From the NCBI GenBank assembly GCA_032117235.1, contig JAULZW010000005.1, positions 31,264 to 95,263 on the forward strand: a stretch of DNA of 64,000 bases, written 5' to 3'. This DNA is from Minisyncoccota bacterium (GTDB lineage: Bacteria > Patescibacteriota > Minisyncoccia > SW-4-49-11). The notes under the pieces were generated by a model. The model had not been told where the DNA came from. It saw only the letters and a program-made list of their open reading frames with translations, and made no database searches. Both the position numbers and the translations under genes were made by a program. Below are positions 38,610 to 49,621 of this stretch, piece by piece. Positions within the stretch are counted from its first letter, which is position 1. Each line of letters begins with the position of its first letter.

Positions 38610-39436
38610 GAAAAACTTATATACCAAAAACATATCATAGAAATAAACATATAGTTTCTAATTCTAAATCTAGAAATTTAACTATAGCTTTGTTAAAATT
38701 TACAATGTGCATATTAATTATAGGTGGAATTGTGTATCTATTCTATTCGTCAATTTTGAATACAATTCGTTTTGAAGTTAGAGTAGAAGGTGAGGTATTA
38801 AGAGATGATATTATCTCTAGCACACAAAATTTTGTAGAAGATAAAACTTATTGGTGGTATAATAATAAGAATATACTTCTATTAAGAGTCAATAATTTGG
38901 AAAAAGACTTATTACAAAAATTTCCACAAATTAAAAATATTGAAATTAAAAGAAATTTATTTGATAGAATTATAAATCTAAATATTACTCTTAGAACTCC
39001 GACTTTTTATAGTTGCTATGATGAAATATGTTATAATGTGGGGGAGGATGGTTTCAATATGGGTGTTAGTTCGAGTTTAGATGGGAATCTAATTGAAATA
39101 AAAGGACTGTCTACTCAAAAAGTTGGAGAAACTGTTCTCTCAGAAAGAGAGATGAGTTGGCTAAAAAATATTTTGCAAGAATATAATAAAATAGATAATA
39201 TTAAAATTACTTCCTTTGATATTCAGCAAAAAGCGGAAGATAAAGATAGTATAGTCAGTATTTTTGTATATACAGAAAAAGGATATTATATTATGCTAGA
39301 TTTAGATACAGATGTAAGTTATCAGGCACAAGTATTAAAGCAAATATTTATCTCTCAAATTCCTTTAGAGAAGCAAAACTCATTGGAATATATTGATTTG
39401 AGGATAAAAGATAGAGCTTACTATAAATTTAAATAA
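38606..39436 (+). CDS. ftsQ: Cell division protein FtsQ/DivIB-like
   Basis: Basic N-terminus, one TM, POTRA-like FPQIKNIEIKR, C-terminal LEYIDLR. Confidence 0.8.
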   Translation: MRKTYIPKTYHRNKHIVSNSKSRNLTIALLKFTMCILIIGGIVYLFYSSILNTIRFEVRVEGEVLRDDIISSTQNFVEDKTYWWYNNKNILLLRVNNLEKDLLQKFPQIKNIEIKRNLFDRIINLNITLRTPTFYSCYDEICYNVGEDGFNMGVSSSLDGNLIEIKGLSTQKVGETVLSEREMSWLKNILQEYNKIDNIKITSFDIQQKAEDKDSIVSIFVYTEKGYYIMLDLDTDVSYQAQVLKQIFISQIPLEKQNSLEYIDLRIKDRAYYKFK

Positions 39437-39439
39437 TCT

Positions 39440-41230
39440 ATGTTTAATAAATTAGTTCAATTTTATAATAGAACTCCATTGTGGATTTTTGTTTTATGTA
39501 TAACTCTCGCTTTAGGAGTTTTGGCTTTTTGGTCTAGTTTTGGGGACTCTTTAACAGTAGATGAAAGCCCACATATTGTAGCAGGTTATTCTTATGTGGT
39601 TGAAGGAGATTATCGTTTAAATCCAGAGCATCCACCGTTGCTAAAATTATTATCGGGGATATCTATTTGGATAGGAGATAAATTAACTTCTCAAGATATA
39701 TATTTTCCTAACAATATTCCATCTTGGACTGAAAAAGTAAATGCTCAGTGGGATATGGGATATGCTTTTTTATTTAAATCTGGTAATGATGCCAATACTG
39801 TGATCTGGTGGGCTAGATTACCTACTATTCTAATATTATTATTGGGAGTTATATACATTGCTTACTCAGTTAATTATCATACAAATAGTAAAAATATTGC
39901 TATTATTAGTAGTATTTTATATGCATTTTCACCCAATGTAATTGCTCATGGCAGATTAGTTACTACTGATTTAATTGCAAGCCTTGCTTTTTTAGTTGTA
40001 ATAGATTTCTGGATCAGATACCTTAAACATCCTAATTGGAAGCATATTTTTTATTTAACATTATCTATAGGATTTGCTTTTCTATCGAAATTCTCTACTA
40101 TATTATTAATTCCACTACTCTTCTTAACAGGGATTAGTTATATATTTATAAAATATTGGCAAGATAAAAAATTACTTTCTAAAAACTTTATTTTAATACG
40201 GGACTTTATAATTATTGGTCTTGGGGTTTTTTTCATAATAAATTTATTTTATTTTATTACAATGCGAAATATGAGTATAGATACTCAGCTTGTTTTGATT
40301 AAAGAATCTTTTCCTCAAGAAAATCAAATTTCCGATTTAACTAAACAAACATTATCTCAGATTATTCAAACTCCAGGTCTCAGATACTTCGGACACTATC
40401 TTTTAGGTCAGGCTATGGTTGTTCAGAGAGTGGGAGGTGGAAACACAACCTTTTTGTTGGGTGAGTTTACAAATAAAAGTTTTATCGAATATTTCCCATT
40501 GTCATACTTGCTAAAAGAGAATTTAGTCATTATTTTAAGTTTAATTACTATATCATTAACTTTTATTGGTGGATTAATTTATGCATTTAAGGCAAAGAAT
40601 ATTAATCTAAAGTCTAAAATTCTTGATAACTGGTATATTGTTACAATTGTTACTATGATAATAATATACTGGATAATTAGTATTAAAGGTAATCTAAATC
40701 TAGGGATTAGACATATTTTGCCAGCTGTTATTTTAACTTATATTGTGATTGCATTTGGAATTGTAAAATTATTAATCCCACTTAAATTTTCCAGATTGAT
40801 ATTAAGTATATTTCTATCTTGGTATGTAGTAAGCACAATATTGACATATCCAAATTATATTTCGAATTTGAATATATTGGCTGGGCAAAATCAAGGTTAT
40901 CAAATTTTCACAGACTCTAATCTAGATTGGGGACAGGATTTAAAAAGATTAAGTAATTGGACTAAACAGAAAAATATTGATACACTATATATAGATTACT
41001 TTGGCACTGGGGATGTAAATTATTACTTGCCTGATACTAGAATTATCCCAGTAAAATCAACTGATGGACCTCAAATTGGATATACTGCAATTAGTGCTAC
41101 TATGTTTCAGGATTCTTTCTATAATAAGCGTGTTAAACCAGAATATCAAGAATACTGGTGGTTAAAATGGAAAAAACCAGATTATACTATAGGGGATTCA
41201 ATTCTAATTTATTATAACGATAAATATTAA
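39440..41230 (+). CDS. GT-C membrane glycosyltransferase (ArnT/PMT-like)
   Basis: TVDE..HI.AG, NPEHPPL, multiple TMs, DSNLDWGQD. Confidence 0.85.
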   Translation: MFNKLVQFYNRTPLWIFVLCITLALGVLAFWSSFGDSLTVDESPHIVAGYSYVVEGDYRLNPEHPPLLKLLSGISIWIGDKLTSQDIYFPNNIPSWTEKVNAQWDMGYAFLFKSGNDANTVIWWARLPTILILLLGVIYIAYSVNYHTNSKNIAIISSILYAFSPNVIAHGRLVTTDLIASLAFLVVIDFWIRYLKHPNWKHIFYLTLSIGFAFLSKFSTILLIPLLFLTGISYIFIKYWQDKKLLSKNFILIRDFIIIGLGVFFIINLFYFITMRNMSIDTQLVLIKESFPQENQISDLTKQTLSQIIQTPGLRYFGHYLLGQAMVVQRVGGGNTTFLLGEFTNKSFIEYFPLSYLLKENLVIILSLITISLTFIGGLIYAFKAKNINLKSKILDNWYIVTIVTMIIIYWIISIKGNLNLGIRHILPAVILTYIVIAFGIVKLLIPLKFSRLILSIFLSWYVVSTILTYPNYISNLNILAGQNQGYQIFTDSNLDWGQDLKRLSNWTKQKNIDTLYIDYFGTGDVNYYLPDTRIIPVKSTDGPQIGYTAISATMFQDSFYNKRVKPEYQEYWWLKWKKPDYTIGDSILIYYNDKY

Positions 41231-41238
41231 ACAAATTT

Positions 41239-41700
41239 ATGCCAGAAATATACAATAATTCCGAAAATAATACCTCAATAGAACTAAATCGACCTCAATC
41301 AGTAGAAAGTCTTACACCAGAAAATTATGTAGAAAATATTTCAAATAGTGAAACACAAATAGAGCATATAACTCCAATAACTGAGCAATATAAAGCTGAA
41401 CAACATATTAAGCAAGTAGTAGAAACTCAGAAGAACATATATAACAATTCTACTTCTGTTAGCCCTATTTCCCCTAAATTACAAGAAAAATATGGTTGGT
41501 TATTAAATATTCCAGAAGAAAATAGGGTGGAGATATCAGTTAAATTAATTACTACAAAAGGGAAAGATATTTTGGATGTAATTCATGCTTTTTTAGCTAT
41601 AGAAGACTATGTATCTCTAGATAGATTAGAGGAAAATTTGAACTACATATATCCAACTTTAGTAGAAGAAGGTTTGTTACCAGATATAAATAATAAATAA
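41239..41700 (+). CDS. Hypothetical protein preceding the VirD4-like ATPase
   Basis: Intact ORF with 8-bp gaps on both sides; low-complexity N-half. Confidence 0.7.
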   Translation: MPEIYNNSENNTSIELNRPQSVESLTPENYVENISNSETQIEHITPITEQYKAEQHIKQVVETQKNIYNNSTSVSPISPKLQEKYGWLLNIPEENRVEISVKLITTKGKDILDVIHAFLAIEDYVSLDRLEENLNYIYPTLVEEGLLPDINNK

Positions 41701-41708
41701 ATACTAAT

Positions 41709-44132
41709 ATGCTAACTTTTTTATATATTATTCTTTTAATTTGGATAATAGCAATGGTATTTATAATTTTTACTGTTATAATTCATCCATTTTGGGAAAA
41801 AAGAAGAGTTAATAGGGGGCTATCTATGACTCAATATCAGATTATTGTGCCAAGAAATATTCCTAATCCCGAAGCTAATATTAAAGATCTTATTAGTATA
41901 ATGGAGCAAGTTTATGCTGGATTTTCTTATCTTAAATTTGAAAGTTTTATTAATAGATTAAAATATGGTAATCCTTATATTTCTCTTGAAATTGTAAGTC
42001 CCACTGAAAGAGATGAAATAAATTTTTATATTGGTGTACCTAAGGGATATGAGTCTATCTTTGAAAAGCAAATTCATGGAGTGTATCCTGAGGCTGAATT
42101 AAAAAAAATTATAGATTATAATGTTTTAGTTCCAGGGTCTGAAGTTAGAGCTGGGTATCTTAAGTTAAAAAAACCTTATATTTTGCCAGTCAGAACTTAT
42201 AAAGAATTAGAAGCTAACCCTCTTAACGTTATTACTTCTGCCTTATCAAAAATTCAAGAAGATGAAAGTGCTGTAGTTCAAATTCTAATTCAAAGAGTAT
42301 CTGATAATTGGATTGATGATGGTAAAAAAGTGGTTAAAAAAATGCAAAAGGGGGAATCATTCAAGAACTCTTATAATGAAGTCTTTGGTAGTATAGATAA
42401 GCATTTTTTGAAAGCATTAGTTGAATTAACTAAATCTAAAAATTCTTCAGAAAATGAGTCTAAAATGCTTTTGCCCCAAGAGTCTATGATGTTGGAAAAA
42501 ATTAGTCAAAAAACTTCAAAAGTAGCATATGCTACTAATATTAGGCTTTTAACTATATCAAAAGATAAGCAGAGAGCAGACATTTTATTTGATCAATTAG
42601 AGGGGGCTTTCTCACAGTTTGCAAACGGAGATCTGAATGAATTTAAGGTGATAAAATATCCTAAACAAAATATTAAGCAATTTATATATACCTTTATTTT
42701 TAGATTATTTGATGAAAAAGAATCTATGATTTTAAATACAGAAGAGTTGACTAGTATATATCATATTCCAGCAGTAGGAGTGGAAACCCCTAAAGTTACT
42801 TGGATTACCTCTAAAACCTCTCATCCACCAGTAGATTTACCAAAAGAAGGCTTGTTGATAGGTAAAAATGTATATCGTGGTGAAGAATCTGAAGTTAGAA
42901 TTAAGCAAGAAGACCGTAGAAGGCATATGTATTTAATCGGGCAAACTGGTACTGGTAAAAGCTCTTTGATGAAAAAAATGATTCAAGAGGATTTGCAAGC
43001 TGGACACGGTTTGGCTTTGTTAGACCCAAATGGAGATTTTGCTGTTGAAGTTTTAGGTATGATACCGCCACATCGTATGGATGATGTAATCTATTTTAAC
43101 CCAGCTGACACAAATTATCCAATGGGACTTAATATTCTAGAAGCTCGTAGTCATGAAGAAAAAGACTTTTTAATTCAAGAAATGATTTCTATTTTCTATA
43201 AATTAGTTTCAGATCCTAGTATGATCGGTCCAATTTTCGAGCATAATATGCGAATGGCAATGTCAGCTTTGATGTCTGATGTAAATAATCCAAGAACTCT
43301 AGTAGAAATTCCTATGATGTTTACTGATGAAAATTTTCGCCGAGAAGTTTTGCTGACGGTTGACGATCCTGTTATTAGGCATTTTTGGGAGAAAGAATTT
43401 CCAGCCACTCAAAAAGGCTCACAAGCAGGAGATACTTTGGGATATCTCTTGAGTAAATTAGGTAGATTTATTGAAAATGAAATGGTTAGAAATATAATTG
43501 GGCAATCAAGGTCATCCTTTGATTTTCAAGACATTATGAATTCAGGTAAAATATTGATTGGAAATTTATCCAAAGGAGGGTTGGGTGAGCAAAATAGTAA
43601 CTTGTTAGGTATGTTATTAGTCTCCAAATTACAGATGGCAGCCTTTAAGCGAAATGAAATTCCAGAAGAACAGAGAGTAGATTTTTATCTATATTTGGAT
43701 GAGTTTCAAAACTTTACTACAGACAGTATTTCAACTATTTTGTCTGAGGCTCGTAAATATAGATTATGTTTGATTTTAGCTCATCAATATATAGGACAAT
43801 TATCTGATGGAATTCGTAATGCTGTCTTTGGAAATGTAGGGACGGTAGGGAGTTTTCGCATTAGCTCTGACGATGCTGAAATTATAGCTCAAAGAATGCA
43901 ACCATATTATACGGCTGAGGATTTAGTTTTAATAGATAACTTAAAGGCAGTTATAACATTGATGATTAATGGAAAAACTAGTAAAGCCTTTAATCTGGAA
44001 GTTATTTTTGCTGATAGGTCAAATTTAGCTTTGCAACAACAAGTAATAATGCAGTCAAGACAAAAATATGCCAATCCAGTAGCTGCAGTCAGGGCTGATA
44101 TTGAAAGTCGCACTCATAGTATGTTACAATAG
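41709..44132 (+). CDS. VirD4/TraD/HerA-like (TrwB-type, DUF87) membrane ATPase typical of CPR
   Basis: N-terminal TM, DRRRHMYLIGQTGTGKS, LYLDEFQNF, SEARKY, AHQ. Confidence 0.85.
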   Translation: MLTFLYIILLIWIIAMVFIIFTVIIHPFWEKRRVNRGLSMTQYQIIVPRNIPNPEANIKDLISIMEQVYAGFSYLKFESFINRLKYGNPYISLEIVSPTERDEINFYIGVPKGYESIFEKQIHGVYPEAELKKIIDYNVLVPGSEVRAGYLKLKKPYILPVRTYKELEANPLNVITSALSKIQEDESAVVQILIQRVSDNWIDDGKKVVKKMQKGESFKNSYNEVFGSIDKHFLKALVELTKSKNSSENESKMLLPQESMMLEKISQKTSKVAYATNIRLLTISKDKQRADILFDQLEGAFSQFANGDLNEFKVIKYPKQNIKQFIYTFIFRLFDEKESMILNTEELTSIYHIPAVGVETPKVTWITSKTSHPPVDLPKEGLLIGKNVYRGEESEVRIKQEDRRRHMYLIGQTGTGKSSLMKKMIQEDLQAGHGLALLDPNGDFAVEVLGMIPPHRMDDVIYFNPADTNYPMGLNILEARSHEEKDFLIQEMISIFYKLVSDPSMIGPIFEHNMRMAMSALMSDVNNPRTLVEIPMMFTDENFRREVLLTVDDPVIRHFWEKEFPATQKGSQAGDTLGYLLSKLGRFIENEMVRNIIGQSRSSFDFQDIMNSGKILIGNLSKGGLGEQNSNLLGMLLVSKLQMAAFKRNEIPEEQRVDFYLYLDEFQNFTTDSISTILSEARKYRLCLILAHQYIGQLSDGIRNAVFGNVGTVGSFRISSDDAEIIAQRMQPYYTAEDLVLIDNLKAVITLMINGKTSKAFNLEVIFADRSNLALQQQVIMQSRQKYANPVAAVRADIESRTHSMLQ

Positions 44133-44258
44133 ATAATATTAGAGACATAGTGGACAAAATATTTAACTTATTAATATTCTGTTTTATTTTGCCAATAAGT
44201 TCCACAATATAAAACTAAAACTTATGATTTCACTTCTTTTCCTAATCCAGTCAATATT

Positions 44259-44708
44259 TTGCGCCATTCTCTGCGCGTTTATGGTGTAATGCTTGTCTTA
44301 GTACCATCTACCTTCTTTCTTTTTCCAGATTTGTCACGCTGGTATCCATACAATGTCGCTTATGAACATATGTTTACTGTTATTTTTTTCGCGTGGGGTT
44401 TGTATTTGTATCTCGCAGCAAATAATCCCTCTGCAAACATCGGCCTCATCAACTTCACTGCCTTGCAAGGCCTGCTACACGGTGGGGTGATGTTTGTTCA
44501 CGTGTTTATGGGGATGCATCACAGCTATTGGCATCTTGTGGGGGATGTGCCTTTTCATCTTTCTATGTTTTTTGTGTTAGGCTATCTTCGTAACTACTCA
44601 CCAATAGCTACTGATGAGGTTATAACCTCTAGAGCGAGGCTCTGGACAATAGTGATATTTTCCAGTATTGCAGTACTTGTGGTGTACACTGTGTTTATTC
44701 GCTTGTAG
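44259..44708 (+). CDS. Small multi-TM membrane protein (DUF6632-like); start uncertain
   Basis: YEHM, AANNP, LHGGVM, HLVGDVP; about 40% GC; only a TTG start in frame. Confidence 0.6.
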   Translation: MRHSLRVYGVMLVLVPSTFFLFPDLSRWYPYNVAYEHMFTVIFFAWGLYLYLAANNPSANIGLINFTALQGLLHGGVMFVHVFMGMHHSYWHLVGDVPFHLSMFFVLGYLRNYSPIATDEVITSRARLWTIVIFSSIAVLVVYTVFIRL

Positions 44709-44979
44709 GAAATCTTTTAGAAATATGAATGCAGTAGCATTATGTAACATATCCTATAGTTAGTTGCTAAACTTTATCCGATTTTTAATGAAATGTTTTT
44801 ACTGTAAAATGGGGTTTATATTACAATTAGAACCCCTCTAAAAAATCTCTCCATTATTAAAGCTTTAAATATTTATTAGATGTTGATTAATTCATATTTA
44901 TCTTTAAAGAATAAGTTATTTATTAGAAATATAGGAGTTATATGATATACTTAATAATATATTGATATTAATAAATATT

Positions 44980-45957
44980 ATGAGCAATATTTGTCTTACA
45001 GGAATTCAGCCTACAGGAAAATTACATATTGGTAATTATTTTGGTGCTATGCAACCAATTTTAGAGTTATCTAAACAAACTGAATTTGATAAAATTTTAG
45101 TCTTTGTAGCTAATTTACATTCTCTTAATAGTATTAAAGATGGAGATACTCTTAGAACTTATACTAAAGATATAGCATTAGATTATCTAGCATTAGATTT
45201 AGATCTAGCTAAAACAAGTCTATTTTTACAATCAGACATTAAACCACTTACTGAACTAACTTGGATATTAAATAATTTAGTTACAGTGGCTTATTTGGAG
45301 AGATCCCATGCTTATAAAGATGCTTTAGATAATGGCAAAGAATCTAATATGGGATTGTTTAACTATCCAATTTTGATGGCGGCAGATATTCTGCTATATC
45401 AATCTAATGTAGTTCCAGTCGGACAAGATCAAAAACAACATATTGAAATTGCTCAGGCTATAGCCAAAAAATTCAATTCCCAATACGGTAAAACCTTTAA
45501 TATTCCCAAACCCTATATTCAATCTAACACATCTATAGTGAAAGGATTAGATGGACGCAAAATGAGTAAATCTTACAAGAATACTATTGAAATTTTTGAG
45601 CCAGCCGACTCAATCCGAGCTAAAGTAATGAAAATCACCACCGACTCCAAAGCTCCCAATGAACCAAAAGATCCAGACAACTGTAATATAGTGGCAATTT
45701 ATAGATTATTAGCTAATCCAGCAGATTTAACTATAATGGAAAATAAATATAGGGAAGGTAAGATTTCTTATAAAGAAGCTAAAGAAATATTGGCAGAGAC
45801 AATCTTAGAATATTTTCAACCTATGCGAAATCGTCGTCAGGAATTATCTCAAAATCCAGAATATGTAGCTGAAATTCTAGCTAAAGGAGCAAAAGAAGCT
45901 AATTTAATAGCTGAAAAAACTATTAAACAAGTTAGAGAACTTGTAGGTATAAGTTGA
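44980..45957 (+). CDS. trpS: Tryptophanyl-tRNA synthetase
   Basis: TGIQPTG, HIGN, YPILMAADIL, VPVGQDQ, KMSKS. Confidence 0.97.
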   Translation: MSNICLTGIQPTGKLHIGNYFGAMQPILELSKQTEFDKILVFVANLHSLNSIKDGDTLRTYTKDIALDYLALDLDLAKTSLFLQSDIKPLTELTWILNNLVTVAYLERSHAYKDALDNGKESNMGLFNYPILMAADILLYQSNVVPVGQDQKQHIEIAQAIAKKFNSQYGKTFNIPKPYIQSNTSIVKGLDGRKMSKSYKNTIEIFEPADSIRAKVMKITTDSKAPNEPKDPDNCNIVAIYRLLANPADLTIMENKYREGKISYKEAKEILAETILEYFQPMRNRRQELSQNPEYVAEILAKGAKEANLIAEKTIKQVRELVGIS

Positions 45958-46033
45958 TATATTGTTCTTCTTGCTTAAAATTTAAATTTATGATATAATT
46001 AAATTAATTATAAAAATAATATAAATATAAACA

Positions 46034-47416
46034 ATGGTAACTATTCAATTTTGTGGAGGAGCGGGCTCAGTAACAGGTGCTAATTATGTTATAGATAACG
46101 GCAGAATTAGATTTGTAGTTGATTGTGGTCTCATACAAGGAAATAAAGAAGCGGATGAATTGAATTATGTTCCCTTTGTGTATGACCCAAAGAATATTGA
46201 CTTTATGATAGCTACACATACACATATAGATCATATAGGTCGTATTCCAAAATTAGTAAAAGAAGGTTTTAGAGGAGAAATATATTCTACATATCCTACC
46301 CAAGAATTTTCTGAGATATCCCTAAGAGACACCGTTTCTATTATGGAGCATGACCATACTCAATTGCCTTTATTTAGTAATATGGATGTTGATCAAGCCG
46401 TGTCTCAGTGGAGAGGGCGAGAATATCATGAAATATATGAAATTAATGAAAGTATTTCATTCAGATTTCAGGATGCGGGCCATATTTTGGGTTCTGCTAT
46501 TACTGAAGTTTGGGTTCTTAATCCAGAAAATGGAAAGAGAGTTAAGCTTGTCTTCTCTGGTGATTTAGGAAATGTACCATCTGTTTTATTGCGAAAATAT
46601 GATTATATTCAAGAGGCTGATTATGTTATTGTAGAGTCTTGTTATGGAGATAGGATTCATCAAAAATTATCTGAGAGAAAAGCTATCTTAAAGCAAGCTA
46701 TCAAGGATACTATTGAAAGAAAATCGGTTTTGATTATGCCTACTTTTTCTATCGAGAGAACTCAAGATATTTTGTACGAATTAAATGATATTATAGAAAA
46801 TCATTCAGGCGATGGACTACAAAGAGGCAAAGTAGGTAAAATTGATGTTTATCTAGACTCTCCTTTGGCTATTAAAGCCACTAATATCCATGCTAAATAT
46901 ACCCAATATTATAATCAAGAGGCAAAACAGTTAGCTAAAAAAGATAAAATATTTGACTTTCCATTTTTAACTTTAACCGAAAGTAGAGAAGATTCTATGA
47001 AGATAAATAGCCAGCCTCAACCTAAGATGATAATGGCTGGTTCTGGTATGTCTACAGGAGGTAGAGTATTGTATCATGAAGAAAGATATTTATCCAACCC
47101 AAATAATATTATACTTTTTGTTGGTTATCAGGCTCCCTATACTTTGGGTAGAAGAATTCTAGAAGGTGAAAGCTCAGTTTATATACATAATCATACAATA
47201 GAAAATAGAATAGAGGTTAGAAGGGTAGAAGGTTACTCAGCGCATGCCGACCAAGAAATGTTATTAGATTGGATTTCTAATATTAAAAATTCCAAAAATA
47301 TATTTGTAGTTCAAGGGGAGCAAGAAGCATCACAAACTTTAGCTAATGCAATCAAGGACAATTTACATCTGCAAGCACAAGTACCCACAGAAAATGAAAT
47401 AGTTATCTTAAATTAA
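46034..47416 (+). CDS. MBL-fold beta-CASP ribonuclease
   Basis: HTHIDH, AGHILGS, SGD, GSGM..GGR, YSAHAD. Confidence 0.92.
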   Translation: MVTIQFCGGAGSVTGANYVIDNGRIRFVVDCGLIQGNKEADELNYVPFVYDPKNIDFMIATHTHIDHIGRIPKLVKEGFRGEIYSTYPTQEFSEISLRDTVSIMEHDHTQLPLFSNMDVDQAVSQWRGREYHEIYEINESISFRFQDAGHILGSAITEVWVLNPENGKRVKLVFSGDLGNVPSVLLRKYDYIQEADYVIVESCYGDRIHQKLSERKAILKQAIKDTIERKSVLIMPTFSIERTQDILYELNDIIENHSGDGLQRGKVGKIDVYLDSPLAIKATNIHAKYTQYYNQEAKQLAKKDKIFDFPFLTLTESREDSMKINSQPQPKMIMAGSGMSTGGRVLYHEERYLSNPNNIILFVGYQAPYTLGRRILEGESSVYIHNHTIENRIEVRRVEGYSAHADQEMLLDWISNIKNSKNIFVVQGEQEASQTLANAIKDNLHLQAQVPTENEIVILN

Positions 47417-47421
47417 TAATT

Positions 47422-49476
47422 ATGCAAGAATTATTTTATCCAGAAAGTATTGCTATTATAGGAGCGTCTCGTAATAAATCTAAAATAGGCTCACTCATCT
47501 TTCATAATATTCTCAAGACTAACTATAAAGGAGAATTATTTTTGGTTAATCCTTCGGCTAGGCAAATTGAAGGTTTTCCAGTTTATAAAAGTATCAGTCA
47601 ATTGCCTCAGGGAATAAAAGTTGCTATCGTTGTTATTCCAGCTCAATTTGTATTAGATGCAGTAAAAGATTTGGGTATAAAAGGTATAAAATATGCAGTC
47701 ATTATATCTGCTGGATTTAAAGAATCAGGAACTGAAGGTAAATCTAGAGAAAAGTCACTAGCTAAAATTGCTAAAGTATATGGTATTAAAATTATTGGGC
47801 CAAATTGTCTAGGAATAATAAATAATGATTCAAATCGGTATGCTTATAATGGTTCTTTCAGTTTATTATCTCACTGCACTGGTAATGTCTCTTTAATTTC
47901 ACAATCAGGAGCTTTAATATCAGCCTTTATTGATAGAGCCGATAGTTTGAATATAGGCTTTAATAAACTTATTAGCCTAGGCAATAAGTTAGATTTAGAC
48001 GAAGTAGATAGTATCGAGTATTTAGAAAAAGATTCTAAAACCAAAGTAATTAGTCTTTATCTAGAAGGTATAGCCAGACCAATAGAATTTATCAAAGCTA
48101 TTAAAAATTCTAATAAACCAATTATTATTCTTAAAGCTGGTAGATCAGAAAAAGCTAAGAAAACCATTCAATCTCATACTGGTTCATTAGCTGGAGATGA
48201 AGTAATTATAGATACTTTGTTAAAAGAAGCAGGGGCAATCATAGTATATTCTCTAGAAGAGCTATTTGATACAGTACAATTATTTTCTAGATTTCAAAAT
48301 GTCTCTAGATTTGGAACATCTATTCTAACTAATGCTGGGGGATTGGGAGTCCTATCTGTTGATGCTAGTTCCGAGTATAATCTTAAACTGGCTAGTCTTG
48401 AAACAAAAGCTATTCAGCAACTGGAACAAGTTTTACCTTCTGCATCTAGTATTCATAACCCTGTAGATATTTTAGGAGACGCAGATTCAGTTAGATATCG
48501 TGAGGCCTTGCAAATTTTAATAAGAGAAAAATCAGTGGGCTCAGTAATTGTCTTGATTAGTCCTCAAGTTATGACTCCCTTGTCAGACATAGGTAGAGTT
48601 ATTCAAGAAATAGCTATCAAAATCCCTCATAAACCAATTCTAACCGTTATGGTAGGAGGGGATAAAACCACTCAAATAAAAAAAGAAATCAAAGACTTTC
48701 CTTTTTTTGAGACTCCAGAAAGAGCAATTAGAGCATTATCTAACTTGTATAAATATAATCATCAGTCACGTAATGCTAAACTTTGGGATGAACCAACGTC
48801 TTATGTTAAAAAATCATCAATTCAAAGTATTAATCAAGCCCTAGAAAAAGATAAATCCCAAGGACTACTTACCGCCTCTTTAGATACAATCAATTTAATG
48901 GCTAAAGAATTATCATTAGAACTTCCAAAAACTTTAGATATTAGATCTACTAAAGATATTAAAAAAATAGAAAAGCAATTACAATATCCTATAGTGTTAA
49001 AAGATGTAAATCCTAATATACTACATCGTACAGACTCAGGCCTAGTACGATTAGGAGTGAATAATTTAGATGAAGTCAAAAAATTCTATAAAGAACATAA
49101 AAATAGTCAAATTATAGCCCAAGAACAAGCTCAAAAAGGAATAGAAGTCTTCGTAGGAGTTAAAAGAGATCCTCAATTAGGCACGGTTTTATTACTAGGA
49201 TCTGGAGGAATTTATGCTGAAATTTTGAATGATATAACTTTTGCTAGTATGCCGATAAATAAACCTTACATTTTGAAATCTCTCAAAAAAACTAAAGTTT
49301 ACAAAATACTCAATGGAGCTAGAGGCACAAAATATGATATAAATTGGCTGATAGATAATATTTTTCAACTTAATTTATTAATTTACTCTATCTCAGAAAT
49401 TAAAGAACTAGATGTAAATCCAATCATAGTCTATCCAAAAGGAGGCTGTATTCTTGATCTAAAAGTTATTTTATAG
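47422..49476 (+). CDS. ADP-forming acetate-CoA ligase (fused alpha/beta ACD)
   Basis: IGASR CoA-binding fold, GPNCLG, phospho-His SHTGSLAG, TNAGG, NPVD, ATP-grasp C-terminus with LDVNP. Confidence 0.88.
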   Translation: MQELFYPESIAIIGASRNKSKIGSLIFHNILKTNYKGELFLVNPSARQIEGFPVYKSISQLPQGIKVAIVVIPAQFVLDAVKDLGIKGIKYAVIISAGFKESGTEGKSREKSLAKIAKVYGIKIIGPNCLGIINNDSNRYAYNGSFSLLSHCTGNVSLISQSGALISAFIDRADSLNIGFNKLISLGNKLDLDEVDSIEYLEKDSKTKVISLYLEGIARPIEFIKAIKNSNKPIIILKAGRSEKAKKTIQSHTGSLAGDEVIIDTLLKEAGAIIVYSLEELFDTVQLFSRFQNVSRFGTSILTNAGGLGVLSVDASSEYNLKLASLETKAIQQLEQVLPSASSIHNPVDILGDADSVRYREALQILIREKSVGSVIVLISPQVMTPLSDIGRVIQEIAIKIPHKPILTVMVGGDKTTQIKKEIKDFPFFETPERAIRALSNLYKYNHQSRNAKLWDEPTSYVKKSSIQSINQALEKDKSQGLLTASLDTINLMAKELSLELPKTLDIRSTKDIKKIEKQLQYPIVLKDVNPNILHRTDSGLVRLGVNNLDEVKKFYKEHKNSQIIAQEQAQKGIEVFVGVKRDPQLGTVLLLGSGGIYAEILNDITFASMPINKPYILKSLKKTKVYKILNGARGTKYDINWLIDNIFQLNLLIYSISEIKELDVNPIIVYPKGGCILDLKVIL

Positions 49477-49621
49477 TAAATTCTTGCTAAGATATCTTTA
49501 TTCTTAATAAGTTTTTATCTTCACTTACTTCCATCAACCAAAATTGTAACATTGAATTGATGTGTGTAAAATTAGAAATATGTTTTAGAGGGGTCTTTGG
49601 TTTAGATTATATCTTTACACT

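Noticed and set aside
44832-44843. 12-mer ACCCCTCTAAAA shared (inverted) with the IS-relic region near 49583-49594
   Set aside because: A 12-bp match is expected by chance in 64 kb and the flanking similarity is weak
44709-44979. T-box or attenuator upstream of trpS
   Set aside because: No T-box consensus, terminator or Trp-rich leader peptide seen
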